Positions 8,657 through 18,673 are shown, counted from the first letter of the stretch. The stretch: 64,000 bases of DNA from Myxococcales bacterium (GCA_037445065.1 JBBILD010000004.1:96001-160000); one strand, 5' to 3'. Notes: a model not told the origin generated them from the letters alone. Program-made: numbers and translations.

Positions 8657-10678
8657 TCATCGGCCTGAGTCACTGCGGGTTTCTTCCGGGCCGCTGCCAT
8701 CGGGCGCAAACGAAGCGTCGCGAGTGAGGAGGATGCGGTCCACAGCGAAGCCACCGCTGCGCGCACGCAAGTTCAGCACGTGCCGCCCGGGTGCCACCTG
8801 GAGGGGCCGCTCGCTTGGCACCCAGGTCCACCTGTCGGGGACTTCAGCAAGACCGCTTACGACACCCCAGGCCGGTGCCCCGTCGAGTCCGACCCATGCT
8901 GAACTCGAGCCGGTTCCTCCAAGGCCGGCGCCAGCGCGGCCCCACGAAGACGGGACAAAAGTTCGTAGCCAGGCGAAGTACGAGCCACCCTCGACCTCCA
9001 CGGCGTACTCGAGGCCGAGCGTGTCCCCGAACGCACGCGGTTCGCCGCGCGTTGAGTTGAAATCTTGCACGTAGCCTTCGCCCGCGTAGCCGTCGTAGCG
9101 GCTGAAGATCACCCAGGTTGAGTCCCGCCAGTCGGTGTGGTGCTCGGCTTCGATCACCACTCTGCCCGCGCGTTCACGGAAGGCGTACGGCGCCTCGTGC
9201 AGCCGGTTCTCGAACCACACGACGCCCACGCTTTGTGCGTTACGGCGCGGATCCCACCAGGCCAGAGTTTCGATGGCATCCGCCCACCACTCCTCGCAAT
9301 TCGCCACTGCGTCGAGATCGCCGTCACCGTCTACGTCAATGAGTTCTACCTGGTCCCACTTCTCGCCGAACGCTGGCGTTTCCATGGGTTTGCCCGAGCC
9401 CCACTTGATGACGTGTGTGATCCAGTTGTCACTGCGCGGGGTGTCTCCGACGTATTCCATCCAGAACGCGGCTGCGCGGTCGGCGGGCAGGACCCCGTTG
9501 TCGTGAAGATTCATGGCCAAGATATCGAGGCGGCCGTCGCCGTTTAGGTCTGCGACCCGCACGGGTCGCGTGAGCTGGCGCGCGACCGGATCCTTCGGGA
9601 TCACGACCCGTTCGAATGTGACCGGCGCGCGAGCAGTCTTGCGGTACCAGTAGATTGCGTCCTCGACAGCGGTGACAAAGTCCTGAAGTCCATCGCCGTC
9701 CAGGTCTGCCACTCCGATCTGCGGCTTGTGATAGAAGGCCGGATCCGACGCGATCACATGCTTGGGCCAAGGAGCCTTTTGCGCTTCGCTGCCTGGGCCA
9801 GGGTTTTCGTACCAGTGTACGGTGATTGCCTCGGGCGGCGTATCGAAGTCGGCATTGATGTCGAGCACGTCGGCGTCGCCGTCTTCATCCACGTCCGTGA
9901 GCACGAATCCATGGCCGTCGAGCTGCTCAGGATCGAGATTATGAGCGCGCCAGAGTGTGAGGTCCCGCCGCAGCGCTGGGTCGCGCGGCGCCTCGAGCCA
10001 TTGGATGCTGCCCTTAGCGCCGTTCTTCCACAGAACACGGCCGCCGTAGAACACGTCCAACGCACCATCTCCGTTCACATCGTGTGGCACGGTCCAGAGA
10101 AAATGGCCGCGCTCGACCGTGTCGGGGAACAAGCCGCCGTCAACCCACGCCTCCGGGTCGAGTGCGCGCTCCGGTGGCGGACCCCAGATCACGCGGATGC
10201 CGGGCGCGTCGCCCTCAAAGAACCGGGTAATATGGCTGCCTTGCGCACCAATAATGTCGAGGTTGCCGTCTCCGTCGAGGTCCGCCAGGCTCGCGCTTTC
10301 AGTATCTATGCCGGGCACACCGCGCCCACCCTCTTTCAGCTCGAAGGCCACGACGGACGGCCAAGGTCGGCGTGGGTCGACGCCGCGCGGTGGGTGGAGC
10401 GTAATCACGTAACGCTGGTCGAACTCGTAATTGGTCACGTAGTCAGTATGCCCGTCTCGATTGACGTCGCCCGTTCCGAGTGCATTGGCGCCGCGAAAGC
10501 GGCTGTCGATCGGGTGCATGGGCCATGCCGCATCGTTCACGTTTTGGCGCGAATCCGGGTCAGAGCAGGCGGTGAGCATCGCAACGGAGCACGCACCGGC
10601 GAGTTGGAACAACGACGAGCAACGACTCGGCCAGGTCTTCGTGCCGAGCCGCGCGAGCCATTGGGGCGTCATCAACAT
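8657..10678 (-). CDS. Secreted/lipoprotein FG-GAP (VCBS) repeat beta-propeller protein with a C-terminal carbohydrate-binding-like beta-sandwich
   Basis: About seven DxDGDGxxD repeats (GDVNRDGHTD, ADLDGDGNLD, DVNGDGALD, DVDEDGDAD, ADLDGDGLQD, ADLNGDGRLD, DVDGDGDLD), lipobox-like LTAC, and C-terminal VIEAEH...GRHVLNLRAR..VDRILL. Confidence 0.8.
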   Translation of the reverse strand: MLMTPQWLARLGTKTWPSRCSSLFQLAGACSVAMLTACSDPDSRQNVNDAAWPMHPIDSRFRGANALGTGDVNRDGHTDYVTNYEFDQRYVITLHPPRGVDPRRPWPSVVAFELKEGGRGVPGIDTESASLADLDGDGNLDIIGAQGSHITRFFEGDAPGIRVIWGPPPERALDPEAWVDGGLFPDTVERGHFLWTVPHDVNGDGALDVFYGGRVLWKNGAKGSIQWLEAPRDPALRRDLTLWRAHNLDPEQLDGHGFVLTDVDEDGDADVLDINADFDTPPEAITVHWYENPGPGSEAQKAPWPKHVIASDPAFYHKPQIGVADLDGDGLQDFVTAVEDAIYWYRKTARAPVTFERVVIPKDPVARQLTRPVRVADLNGDGRLDILAMNLHDNGVLPADRAAAFWMEYVGDTPRSDNWITHVIKWGSGKPMETPAFGEKWDQVELIDVDGDGDLDAVANCEEWWADAIETLAWWDPRRNAQSVGVVWFENRLHEAPYAFRERAGRVVIEAEHHTDWRDSTWVIFSRYDGYAGEGYVQDFNSTRGEPRAFGDTLGLEYAVEVEGGSYFAWLRTFVPSSWGRAGAGLGGTGSSSAWVGLDGAPAWGVVSGLAEVPDRWTWVPSERPLQVAPGRHVLNLRARSGGFAVDRILLTRDASFAPDGSGPEETRSDSGR

Positions 10679-11273
10679 GAGTGGAGTCTATACGGCCCCG
10701 GTAAAGTTTCTGGCAAGCACGAATTCCGGCTCGCACGCGAGACTTTCTGATCTAAAGGGAACCAGGACCGAAGCTTCTCAAACCGGTTCGAGCAGAGATG
10801 GTTCCTGCTCGCGCTGGCAAAGCCGATCGTGAGGAGACTTGCCGAACGGAGGATTAGAGGAATTCATTTTTCTGCCCAGCTTCACCCGACCGGTGCGCTC
10901 ACGACCCGAGAGGAACGCACGTTTACCGCATGGGGATCCGGCCCCGATGTTGCCGCTGCGCAAACCGATGACGTGGAGGAAGTTGGCAACTGGCACGATG
11001 TTCAGAGGGAAACCGCGCTACGCACTACTGCTCCGGCCCACGCTCGTCCGGGATCGTCAAGATCACTCTCGTGCGACGGGCCGGAGTCTCGCGGGCAACG
11101 GGTTACCGTTTACGTTGCGCGGGGTGCTGTTCAACCTGCCTGGCGGGTATCTGCTCCGCCGCGGCAGGGTGTCCGCCGTAAGTCTGCACCGAGCTTAGCG
11201 CTCGTGGCGCGGGTTTGCGCGCAGGGTGCCGCTGGCCAGGTTTTGCAGATGGAATGTCTGGCCTCGTTAGCGT

Positions 11274-12407
11274 CTATTCTCCGCCGAAGCGTTGGAAACA
11301 GCGGAGAGCGGCGTCGGTCATGGTCCAGCCGCAGGCGCCGTTTGCCTGCGGCTCGCAGACTGCGAAGCGATAGCAGCCGTACTCGGGCCGCCACTCGCAG
11401 GTGGTAATGACGCGCTTGCTCGCGCATACCTGACTGCTGCACCCGGTCCGCTGGCAGGGAGCCTTGTCTCGCGGTGGCTCGGGAGAGGGTGGTGGGGGCG
11501 TGCGTGCGGGTGGTGGGGGAGAAGTGGGCACGGGCCACCACGGCAGGCAAGAGAACGGGTTCGCGCACACGCAATCGTGCTGGCAGCCCTGCGGAGTGCA
11601 ATAATCCAGGGTGCAGGCGCGCCCGTCGTCGCAGTCTCGATCGGCTGCACAAGGTTTTGCCTCTGAGCACGGGCAGCGGAGCGCAAAGAAGTCACAGACC
11701 TGCCCGGGCTGCGAACAAGCCTGACTCGGGCTGCAAGGCTCGCCTGTGCAACGACCCGTGCGCAGGTCGAGGCATTGGCTCGCGGCACACGCGGGTTGCA
11801 TGCACTGACACGAGCCGCCGGGGAGTGGGGGCAAGCAGATCCCGGCCCCGCCCGCCGCGGTCGTGCATTCGGCGCCGCAGGGGCAACTTTCCAATGGGGG
11901 GCCTTGGCATGGTTCGAGGCAGGCGCGGAACTCGGCAAAGCAGGCGCTGGTTTGCTGGCCGAGGGTGGCGGCGCAGTCTTGCCAGCAGCGTACCGGCTCT
12001 TGGCTCGAGCGGCACTGGAGCACACACGTGCTCGGTCGTGGCGCGCGTGTTGCCACGCAAGCCCGCAATTGGCTGGCACAAGAACCAGCGCATTCGGTTC
12101 GGCCCGCTACCGCCGAGCTGAGGCAAGACCCGCCGCAGTTGGCGCGGGCTGCAGCGCAGGTTTGCCGTGCCTGCCGCCACCCTTCCCGGCAAGCGCTCAG
12201 GCAACTCGCACGCTCGGCTGCCGTCGTGTGCGCATCGCAAGCCGAGCGACAGGCTTGCAGTGCCACCCGGGCGCTGCGCACGCAGCTCCTTTGCTCCGCG
12301 GCGCATCCCAGGAAACAGTCTTCGCCGGGTGCCGCCTCGGGGTACAGGAGCAGCGACACGGAGATTGACACGGCCAACGAAACCGGAACACGGAGTGACA
12401 ACCGCAT
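11274..12407 (-). CDS. Secreted cysteine-rich protein with a C-terminal eight-cysteine-cluster-like domain
   Basis: GGAGG before ATG 12407, hydrophobic signal peptide, very Cys-rich body, CDDGxxCTxDxC motif, Pro-rich linker, terminal CxxxGCSxQVC..TTCEWRPEYGCY..C..GACGW..C. Confidence 0.8.
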   Translation of the reverse strand: MRLSLRVPVSLAVSISVSLLLYPEAAPGEDCFLGCAAEQRSCVRSARVALQACRSACDAHTTAAERASCLSACREGWRQARQTCAAARANCGGSCLSSAVAGRTECAGSCASQLRACVATRAPRPSTCVLQCRSSQEPVRCWQDCAATLGQQTSACFAEFRACLEPCQGPPLESCPCGAECTTAAGGAGICLPPLPGGSCQCMQPACAASQCLDLRTGRCTGEPCSPSQACSQPGQVCDFFALRCPCSEAKPCAADRDCDDGRACTLDYCTPQGCQHDCVCANPFSCLPWWPVPTSPPPPARTPPPPSPEPPRDKAPCQRTGCSSQVCASKRVITTCEWRPEYGCYRFAVCEPQANGACGWTMTDAALRCFQRFGGE

Positions 12408-12535
12408 AACCCCTCCGAGCCTACGCGAACGGACCAGGATTCCGACGAGTTTTGTGTCATCAGTATTGCCCCGTAGAGACGGCCGAGGCAAGACAGAAAC
12501 AGTGGTTGCGGTCCGGATGTGCTATCAGCGCGGCC

Positions 12536-13048
12536 ATGGAGCAGAAGGACACCACGGCGGGAGAATCAGCGGAGAGCTGGCGGGTGCGGCGGGCACAGCG
12601 GAGGGACTTTGCGGGGGTTGCCGAACTTTGCAGCCGGCTCGGGGTTGGGGTGCTGGGGACGGACCGGCGCACGATTCGCCGCTTCCGCCGGATCGTGGCG
12701 GACTTGGGGAACGATTTGTATCTGGCAGAGGTAGGCGAGTCCCTATGCGGTTTGGTTCATATTGTGTACGCGCGGGAGCTGCTGGGACCGCCGCGCGCGG
12801 AGGTAGCTTTGCTCCTTGCTGATGACCCCACCGGGACCGGGGAGGTTCGCGCCCGCCTGCTGGCGTGCGCTCTCCAGCGCGCGCGCAAGCGACAGTGCTC
12901 TCGAGTGGTGCTACGGATCGGGTCGGTCCCCACCGACCTTGCGGACCTTTTGCAGCGGGAGGGGTTCCATTGTGGCGGCGAGTGGTACGCGCGCGACTTG
13001 GCCGTCGAGCCACAAGCACAGGTACAGGAGCGAGAGACCGATGCCTGA
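12536..13048 (+). CDS. GNAT-fold N-acetyltransferase-like protein
   Basis: VRRAxxxD start, LYLAEVGESLCG strand, LLxxALQRAR...C..VVL and GF motif. Its stop overlaps the gdh start. Confidence 0.65.
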   Translation: MEQKDTTAGESAESWRVRRAQRRDFAGVAELCSRLGVGVLGTDRRTIRRFRRIVADLGNDLYLAEVGESLCGLVHIVYARELLGPPRAEVALLLADDPTGTGEVRARLLACALQRARKRQCSRVVLRIGSVPTDLADLLQREGFHCGGEWYARDLAVEPQAQVQERETDA

Positions 13049-16000
13049 GTTGACCAAAGCCATTGCCCAGTTGATGGCGGAGCGAGAGCGAACGCAGCAG
13101 CCACAACCGGAGCGCGTGGACTCGCCCCAACTCCGCGAAGTGCTCGATCGGCTGCGGGCGGCGGTGGCCCCGGGTGAGCGCCCCATTGCAGAAGGCTTGG
13201 CGCGCCAGTGGCTGGAACGCTCTGGGGCAGACCTGCTCGACACCGCAACCGTAGAGGAACTGGTAGCGTGGCTGCTCGGGATGCTCCGCTTCGTCGAGCA
13301 ACCGGCCAGCGAGGAGCCGCGGGTGGAGGCGGACTGGTTGAACCAGGCGGAAGGCATCGTGGTGATTCGGACCTGGATGCGCGACCGCCCGTTTATTGTG
13401 GACACAGTGCAGGAGGCACTGCGCCAATCGCGCGTTCCCATCCGGCGCCTCTTGCATCCCATTTTCGTCGTGGAGCGGGATTCCACCGGGGCGGTGCGCG
13501 CGATCTCCATGCCGCCGGAGTTCGGGCAGAGGGAGTCGGTCCTGCACGTGGAGGTGGAGGGAATCACGGACCTCCAGGCAGTGGTGGAACAGCTGCGCGA
13601 ACGACTGACCAAGGTGGTTTGGGCCACGGACGACTACGCCGCCATGCGCAACAGGGCGGAAGAAATCGCGGACGAGTTACGCAGTCACAGCCTGCCGCGC
13701 CCATGGTCGGCGGACGTGGACGAATTGGCCGCCTTTCTCGACTGGCTGGGGCAGAAGAACTTTGTGTTTCTCGGTTACCGCGAATACGAGTTCCGGGGCT
13801 GGAGTAGCGCTCGCGTGGCGCAAGTGCGGCGGGGCAGCGGGTTGGGGATCCTGCAGGACGAAGAACGCTCTCACTATTACGAACCTCGGCCTCTTCCGGA
13901 CGGCTTGCGCCGCCGCCTGCACGAGCCGCCCTTGTGGCTGTTCTCCAAGACCAACGCAGAAAGCCCGGTTCACCGCAGCGGCCACATGGACTACATCGGC
14001 ATCAAGCAGGTGGACGCACAGGGCATTGTGGTCGGCGAGCGGCGTTTCCTGGGGTTGTTTACCGCGCGGGCTTACGCCCAAGAGCCCATGGGCATCCCGC
14101 TCCTGCGCATGAAGCTAGCGCATATCCTGGAAGCGGAAGGCGCCGAGGAAGGGTCGCACTCGTACAAGCAAATCGTGGCGTTGTTCAACAGCATGCCACG
14201 TATCGAGTTGCTCGCGCTACCCGCGGAGCAATTACGCGAGCGACTGCGCGCGATTTTGGCGGTCGAAGGACGCGACGAGGTGCGCGTGTGCTTGCATCTC
14301 GATCCGCTCGAGCGGGGAGCCTTCGTGTGCGTCGCCATTCCGAAGGCCCGTTTTTCCAACGAGCTGGGAGTCCAAGTCGAAGGTGTCCTGCTGAATCAAC
14401 TCTCCGCCCAGAGGCCGCTCGAGAGCCGGCTGGCCTTGGACGAATTCGACCACGTGCGCCTGCATTTTTACTTGGCCCCGCAAGCGCAGGCGATCCGCTT
14501 TGTCCCGGCGGCGGAGATCGAGGCGGCGATTACGGCGTTGCTGCGCACTTGGCAGGACCGGCTGCGCGCCGCGCTCGCCGACCGCTACCCGCGCGAACAG
14601 GCTCGGCTCCTCGCCGAAACCTACGGAAACGCCTTCCCGCCAGAATATCGCTCTTCCACCGAGCTGGAGCTGGCGCTGGCGGACATTGCGAACTTGGAGC
14701 AGGTGCGCTTGAGCGGGCTACCGCAGGTAGACTTCCAGCGGGCGGCACCAGGGAGCGAGTATCCAGACGCCGCGGTCGTAAAACTGTACCTTCCCGGTCC
14801 GCCGCTGGTGCTGAGCGACTTCCTGCCCCTGCTGGAAAACCTGGGTTTGCGGGTGCTGGCGCAGGACCTGGTTCGCGTCGAATTGGAGCCAGTCGGCCGT
14901 GTGCAAATTCACTCGTTCCCGGTGGCCGACCGGCGCGGGTTGGCCATGGATTTCGAAGACCTCGGGCCGCGCCTCAAACCGGCGATTGCGCTGCTGCACG
15001 CTGGCAAGCTCGACAACGACGCGCTCAACGCTTTGGTGACGCGGGCTGGCCTCACGTGGAGGCAGGTAGACCTGCTTCGGGCCTACGCGCGGCATGCCTT
15101 GCAGCTCAAACTGGCGTCGAGCCGGGAAGCGATCATGCAAGCTCTGGTCGAGGCGCCTGCCTGCGCGCGGGCGCTGTGGGAGTACTTTCGCGCCCGCTTC
15201 GATCCGGCGTTGCCGTTGGACTTAGCGGGCCGCGAGAAGGGCCCGCTGCGAGAGTGGGCGGAGAAATTCGAGGCTGCACTCGAGGCGGTGAGCAGTGTAG
15301 CCCAGGATCGGTTGCTACGTGCCCTCTTCGCCTCCGTACAGGCAACCGTGCGGACCTCCTACTTCCTGCCATTGAGCGAGCCCGCTGAGCCCTTGCCGAT
15401 CGCACTCAAGTTCGATGGGCGGCGGCTGCCCGGAGGTAATTCTCCGCAGCCGCGATTCGAAGTGTACGTGCATGCGCCGCAGGTCGGAGGCATCCACCTG
15501 CGCGCCGCCAAGGTCGCCCGTGGCGGCATCCGGCACAGCGACCGGCCCGACGATTTTCGGAGCGAGATTCTTTCCCTCATGGCCACGCAAAACGTGAAGA
15601 ACGCGGTGATTGTACCGAGCGGGGCAAAGGGCGGTTTCATCGTGCGCCAGCGGCGCTCGGGCAGCGCGGTAGACGTAGCCACCGCGTATGCCACCTTTAT
15701 CGAGGCACTGCTCGAGATCACAGACAACGTTGTGCGCGGCCGCGTCGATACGCCGGGGCGCGTACTGGCATACGACGAGCCGGACCCGTACCTGGTAGTG
15801 GCCGCCGACAAAGGAACCGCAGGCTTCTCGGATCTGGCCAACGAGATCGCCGTGCGCCGCAAGTTCTGGCTGGGCGATGCGTTCGCGTCTGGAGGACGTC
15901 ACGGCTACGACCACAAAAAACAAGGGATCACTGCCAAGGGAACTTGGGAATGTGTGCGCCAGCATTTTCGCGAAATGGGGCGCAGCGTGGATCGCGAAAC

Positions 16001-17909
16001 CTTGTCCGTCATCGGAATCGGCGACATGAGTGGGGACGTGTTCGGCAACGGCTTGTTGTATTCGCGCCACTTGCGCCTGCTCGCTGCGTTCGATCACCGG
16101 CATATCTTTCTGGACCCGGATCCGGACCCGGAAGTGTCGTACGAGGAACGCGCCCGCTTGTTCCGCACTCCGGGTTCGTCTTGGGCGGATTACCGTAGCG
16201 ACAGGTTGAGCCCTGGCGGAGCGGTGTATTCGCGTCAGGCCAAACGCATCGAGCCCTCACCCGAGGTGTGCCAAATGCTGGGTCTCGATGCGCGCCCGTA
16301 TACCGGCGAGGAGCTGGTGCAGGCAGTGTTGCGCGCAAAGGCGGACCTGCTGTGGAACGGTGGCATTGGTACCTACGTGAAAGCCTCGGACGAACCGCAC
16401 GCTGCTGCCAACGACCCGGCCAATGACTCGGTACGAGTGGATGCCCGAGAGCTGCGTGTGGCTGTGGTTGGCGAGGGTGGAAACTTAGGGTTTACGCAGC
16501 GAGCGCGAATCGAGTTCGCTTTGCTCGGCGGGCACATCAACACAGACGCCATCGACAACTCCGGCGGTGTCGACATGTCCGACCACGAGGTGAATCTCAA
16601 GATTTGCCTGCAGCCGCTGCTCGAAGCGGGCCAATTGACCATCGAGGAGCGCAACCGTTGGCTGGAGCAGGTCGAACCTGAAATCATCGCCCGGGTGCTT
16701 TCCCACAATCGCCGCCAAGCTCTGCTGCTCGGCGTTGACCAGTACCGGAGCCAGAGTCGCTTGCACGAGTTTCGTGACTTGATCTCCCAACTGGAAGGCG
16801 AAGGGGTGCTCGACCGGCGGGCGGAACAACTGCCGGACCGCGAAGCACTCCGCGCTCGCCGTGCTGTGTTCCTCGGCTTGACCCGTCCCGAGCTGGCCCT
16901 AGTCGTAGCCCACACCAAACGAGCTTTGCAGCAGACCTTGCTGCAGAGTGCGTTACCCGACGATCCGTTTTACGAGGCCTACCTGCGCCGATACTTCCCC
17001 GCTGCCGTGAACGAGCGCTTCAGTCTGGCAGTGCGCAGCCATTTGCTGCGTCGGGAAATGATCGCGGTGGAATTGGCCAACCTGGTCGTAGACCGTCTCG
17101 GGGCGACCTTCGTACACCGCGTCGCGCGCGACAGCGGGGCAAGCCCCGTGGATGTGCTGCGGGCAGTGAGCTTGCTCGGCGCTCTCCTCGAGTGGGACGA
17201 GCTGTGGGCAAAGGTCTTCGACACGGCTTCGCTCGGTTGGGAAGTGCAGAGACGCTGCGCCCTGGTCCTCGAGGAAGGGATGGAGCGTGCGGTACGCTGG
17301 TACTTGGAAACACAGCCGTCGGAGGTACCGGCTGGCGAGATGTACACAGCGATGGAGCGTGCCGTGCGACCGTTGTTGGCCGACCTCGGCGCACTGTTCC
17401 CCGAGGATGCGCAGGCGCGTTTCGAAGAAGGAATCGCGGGCCTTGTGCGGCAAGGCTTGGATTCGGCTGCCGCCCGCCAGTTGATGGTGGTGGAACGTGC
17501 TGCAGAATTGCTGGACATCGCCGAGAGTGCAGCAGGGCTCGAGTTGGACGGTGCCGTTGTAGGTCGGGCGTACTACTCAGTGGGAGGGCGGCTGGGTCTA
17601 GCTTGGCTGCGCGACAGCGTGCGGGCTCTGCCCGCTGAGGATCGCTGGGAGCGGCGTGCTCTCTATGAGGTGTTGCGCGACATTGATGCGGCACAACGAG
17701 AGCTGACGCGACAGGTACTCGCCTGCGCGCGCGCGGGCGAAGGGGTAGAGCAGTGCCTGGCTCGCTATGCCGACTTGCGGCGTGATGGCTTGGAAGCGGT
17801 TGCCGCCTTGATCCGCGACTTGCAGGCAGGGCGCAGGCTCACACTGGCCGCTGCCGTGGTCGCTGCTCGCGAGTTGCTGCGCTTGGCACAGCAAGGACAA
17901 GGGGCATGA
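13041..17909 (+). CDS. gdhB: Large NAD-specific glutamate dehydrogenase (about 1620 aa)
   Basis: ARGGIRHSDR, KNAVIVPSGAKGGF, DPYLVVAADKGTA, FASGG..GYDHK, GIGDMSGDVFGNG, NTDAIDNSGGVDMSDHEVNLKI. Confidence 0.95.
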   Translation: MPELTKAIAQLMAERERTQQPQPERVDSPQLREVLDRLRAAVAPGERPIAEGLARQWLERSGADLLDTATVEELVAWLLGMLRFVEQPASEEPRVEADWLNQAEGIVVIRTWMRDRPFIVDTVQEALRQSRVPIRRLLHPIFVVERDSTGAVRAISMPPEFGQRESVLHVEVEGITDLQAVVEQLRERLTKVVWATDDYAAMRNRAEEIADELRSHSLPRPWSADVDELAAFLDWLGQKNFVFLGYREYEFRGWSSARVAQVRRGSGLGILQDEERSHYYEPRPLPDGLRRRLHEPPLWLFSKTNAESPVHRSGHMDYIGIKQVDAQGIVVGERRFLGLFTARAYAQEPMGIPLLRMKLAHILEAEGAEEGSHSYKQIVALFNSMPRIELLALPAEQLRERLRAILAVEGRDEVRVCLHLDPLERGAFVCVAIPKARFSNELGVQVEGVLLNQLSAQRPLESRLALDEFDHVRLHFYLAPQAQAIRFVPAAEIEAAITALLRTWQDRLRAALADRYPREQARLLAETYGNAFPPEYRSSTELELALADIANLEQVRLSGLPQVDFQRAAPGSEYPDAAVVKLYLPGPPLVLSDFLPLLENLGLRVLAQDLVRVELEPVGRVQIHSFPVADRRGLAMDFEDLGPRLKPAIALLHAGKLDNDALNALVTRAGLTWRQVDLLRAYARHALQLKLASSREAIMQALVEAPACARALWEYFRARFDPALPLDLAGREKGPLREWAEKFEAALEAVSSVAQDRLLRALFASVQATVRTSYFLPLSEPAEPLPIALKFDGRRLPGGNSPQPRFEVYVHAPQVGGIHLRAAKVARGGIRHSDRPDDFRSEILSLMATQNVKNAVIVPSGAKGGFIVRQRRSGSAVDVATAYATFIEALLEITDNVVRGRVDTPGRVLAYDEPDPYLVVAADKGTAGFSDLANEIAVRRKFWLGDAFASGGRHGYDHKKQGITAKGTWECVRQHFREMGRSVDRETLSVIGIGDMSGDVFGNGLLYSRHLRLLAAFDHRHIFLDPDPDPEVSYEERARLFRTPGSSWADYRSDRLSPGGAVYSRQAKRIEPSPEVCQMLGLDARPYTGEELVQAVLRAKADLLWNGGIGTYVKASDEPHAAANDPANDSVRVDARELRVAVVGEGGNLGFTQRARIEFALLGGHINTDAIDNSGGVDMSDHEVNLKICLQPLLEAGQLTIEERNRWLEQVEPEIIARVLSHNRRQALLLGVDQYRSQSRLHEFRDLISQLEGEGVLDRRAEQLPDREALRARRAVFLGLTRPELALVVAHTKRALQQTLLQSALPDDPFYEAYLRRYFPAAVNERFSLAVRSHLLRREMIAVELANLVVDRLGATFVHRVARDSGASPVDVLRAVSLLGALLEWDELWAKVFDTASLGWEVQRRCALVLEEGMERAVRWYLETQPSEVPAGEMYTAMERAVRPLLADLGALFPEDAQARFEEGIAGLVRQGLDSAAARQLMVVERAAELLDIAESAAGLELDGAVVGRAYYSVGGRLGLAWLRDSVRALPAEDRWERRALYEVLRDIDAAQRELTRQVLACARAGEGVEQCLARYADLRRDGLEAVAALIRDLQAGRRLTLAAAVVAARELLRLAQQGQGA

Positions 17910-18673
17910 GCGTGGCGCGGACCGAGTCCCTCGGCACGCAGGTGCTGTTCTGCGGTACGGCTGATGCCTTTTGTAGCGCTGGGGCGGCGCAATCAGCGTA
18001 TCTGCTGCGCGGGGAAGAGGGGACGATCTTGCTCGACTGCGGAGCCACGTTGCTCGCCTCGCTCAAGCGGCACGGCGTACAGCCGGCTTTCATTGACGCT
18101 GTGGCCATCAGCCATTTGCACGGAGACCACTTCGCAGGACTCCCATTCCTGTTCTTGGAATTCGTGTACCGCTCGGAACGGAAGCGGCCGCTATCGGTGT
18201 TCGGCCCGCCCGGTACGGCAGAGCGCGTGTCGCAGTTGTTTGCCACGTACTATCGTGACGTGGGTACCCGGCCCTTACCGTTTCCGGTGGACTACGTCGA
18301 AGTCTTGCCTGGGCAAGAGGTGGAGTGGCAGGGCGGTACGTTGCGCGCCTTCCGCGTACCCCATCAAGAGCGCGAAGTCTCGCTGGGCTATCGCGTACGG
18401 ATCGGCAGCCGCCAGGTGGTGTACTCTGGCGACACAGGCTGGACGGAAGACTTGGTCCTCCACTCTGCGGGAAGCGATTTGTTCATTTGCGAGTGCAGTT
18501 TCTTCCACACGCGCGTGCAACATCACCTGGACTACCTGCGGCTTGCCGAGCACCGGCACGAGTTCTCGGCCCGCCGCATGGTGCTCTCGCACCTCGGCGA
18601 CGAGGTGCTCGCGCGGCGCGAGGAGGTAGAGTTCGAGCTCGCACAGGACGGTCTCTGCATCCGCCTGGAATGA
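17906..18673 (+). CDS. MBL-fold metallo-hydrolase (RNase Z/BN-like family)
   Basis: LLDCG, SHLHGDHFAG (HxHxDH), YSGDT and LSH motifs; ATGA overlap with gdh. Confidence 0.85.
   Translation: MSVARTESLGTQVLFCGTADAFCSAGAAQSAYLLRGEEGTILLDCGATLLASLKRHGVQPAFIDAVAISHLHGDHFAGLPFLFLEFVYRSERKRPLSVFGPPGTAERVSQLFATYYRDVGTRPLPFPVDYVEVLPGQEVEWQGGTLRAFRVPHQEREVSLGYRVRIGSRQVVYSGDTGWTEDLVLHSAGSDLFICECSFFHTRVQHHLDYLRLAEHRHEFSARRMVLSHLGDEVLARREEVEFELAQDGLCIRLE

Noticed and set aside
10815..10850. c-di-GMP riboswitch-like GGCAAAGCC...TTGCCG
   Set aside because: The GNRA loop/receptor and P1 architecture could not be built.
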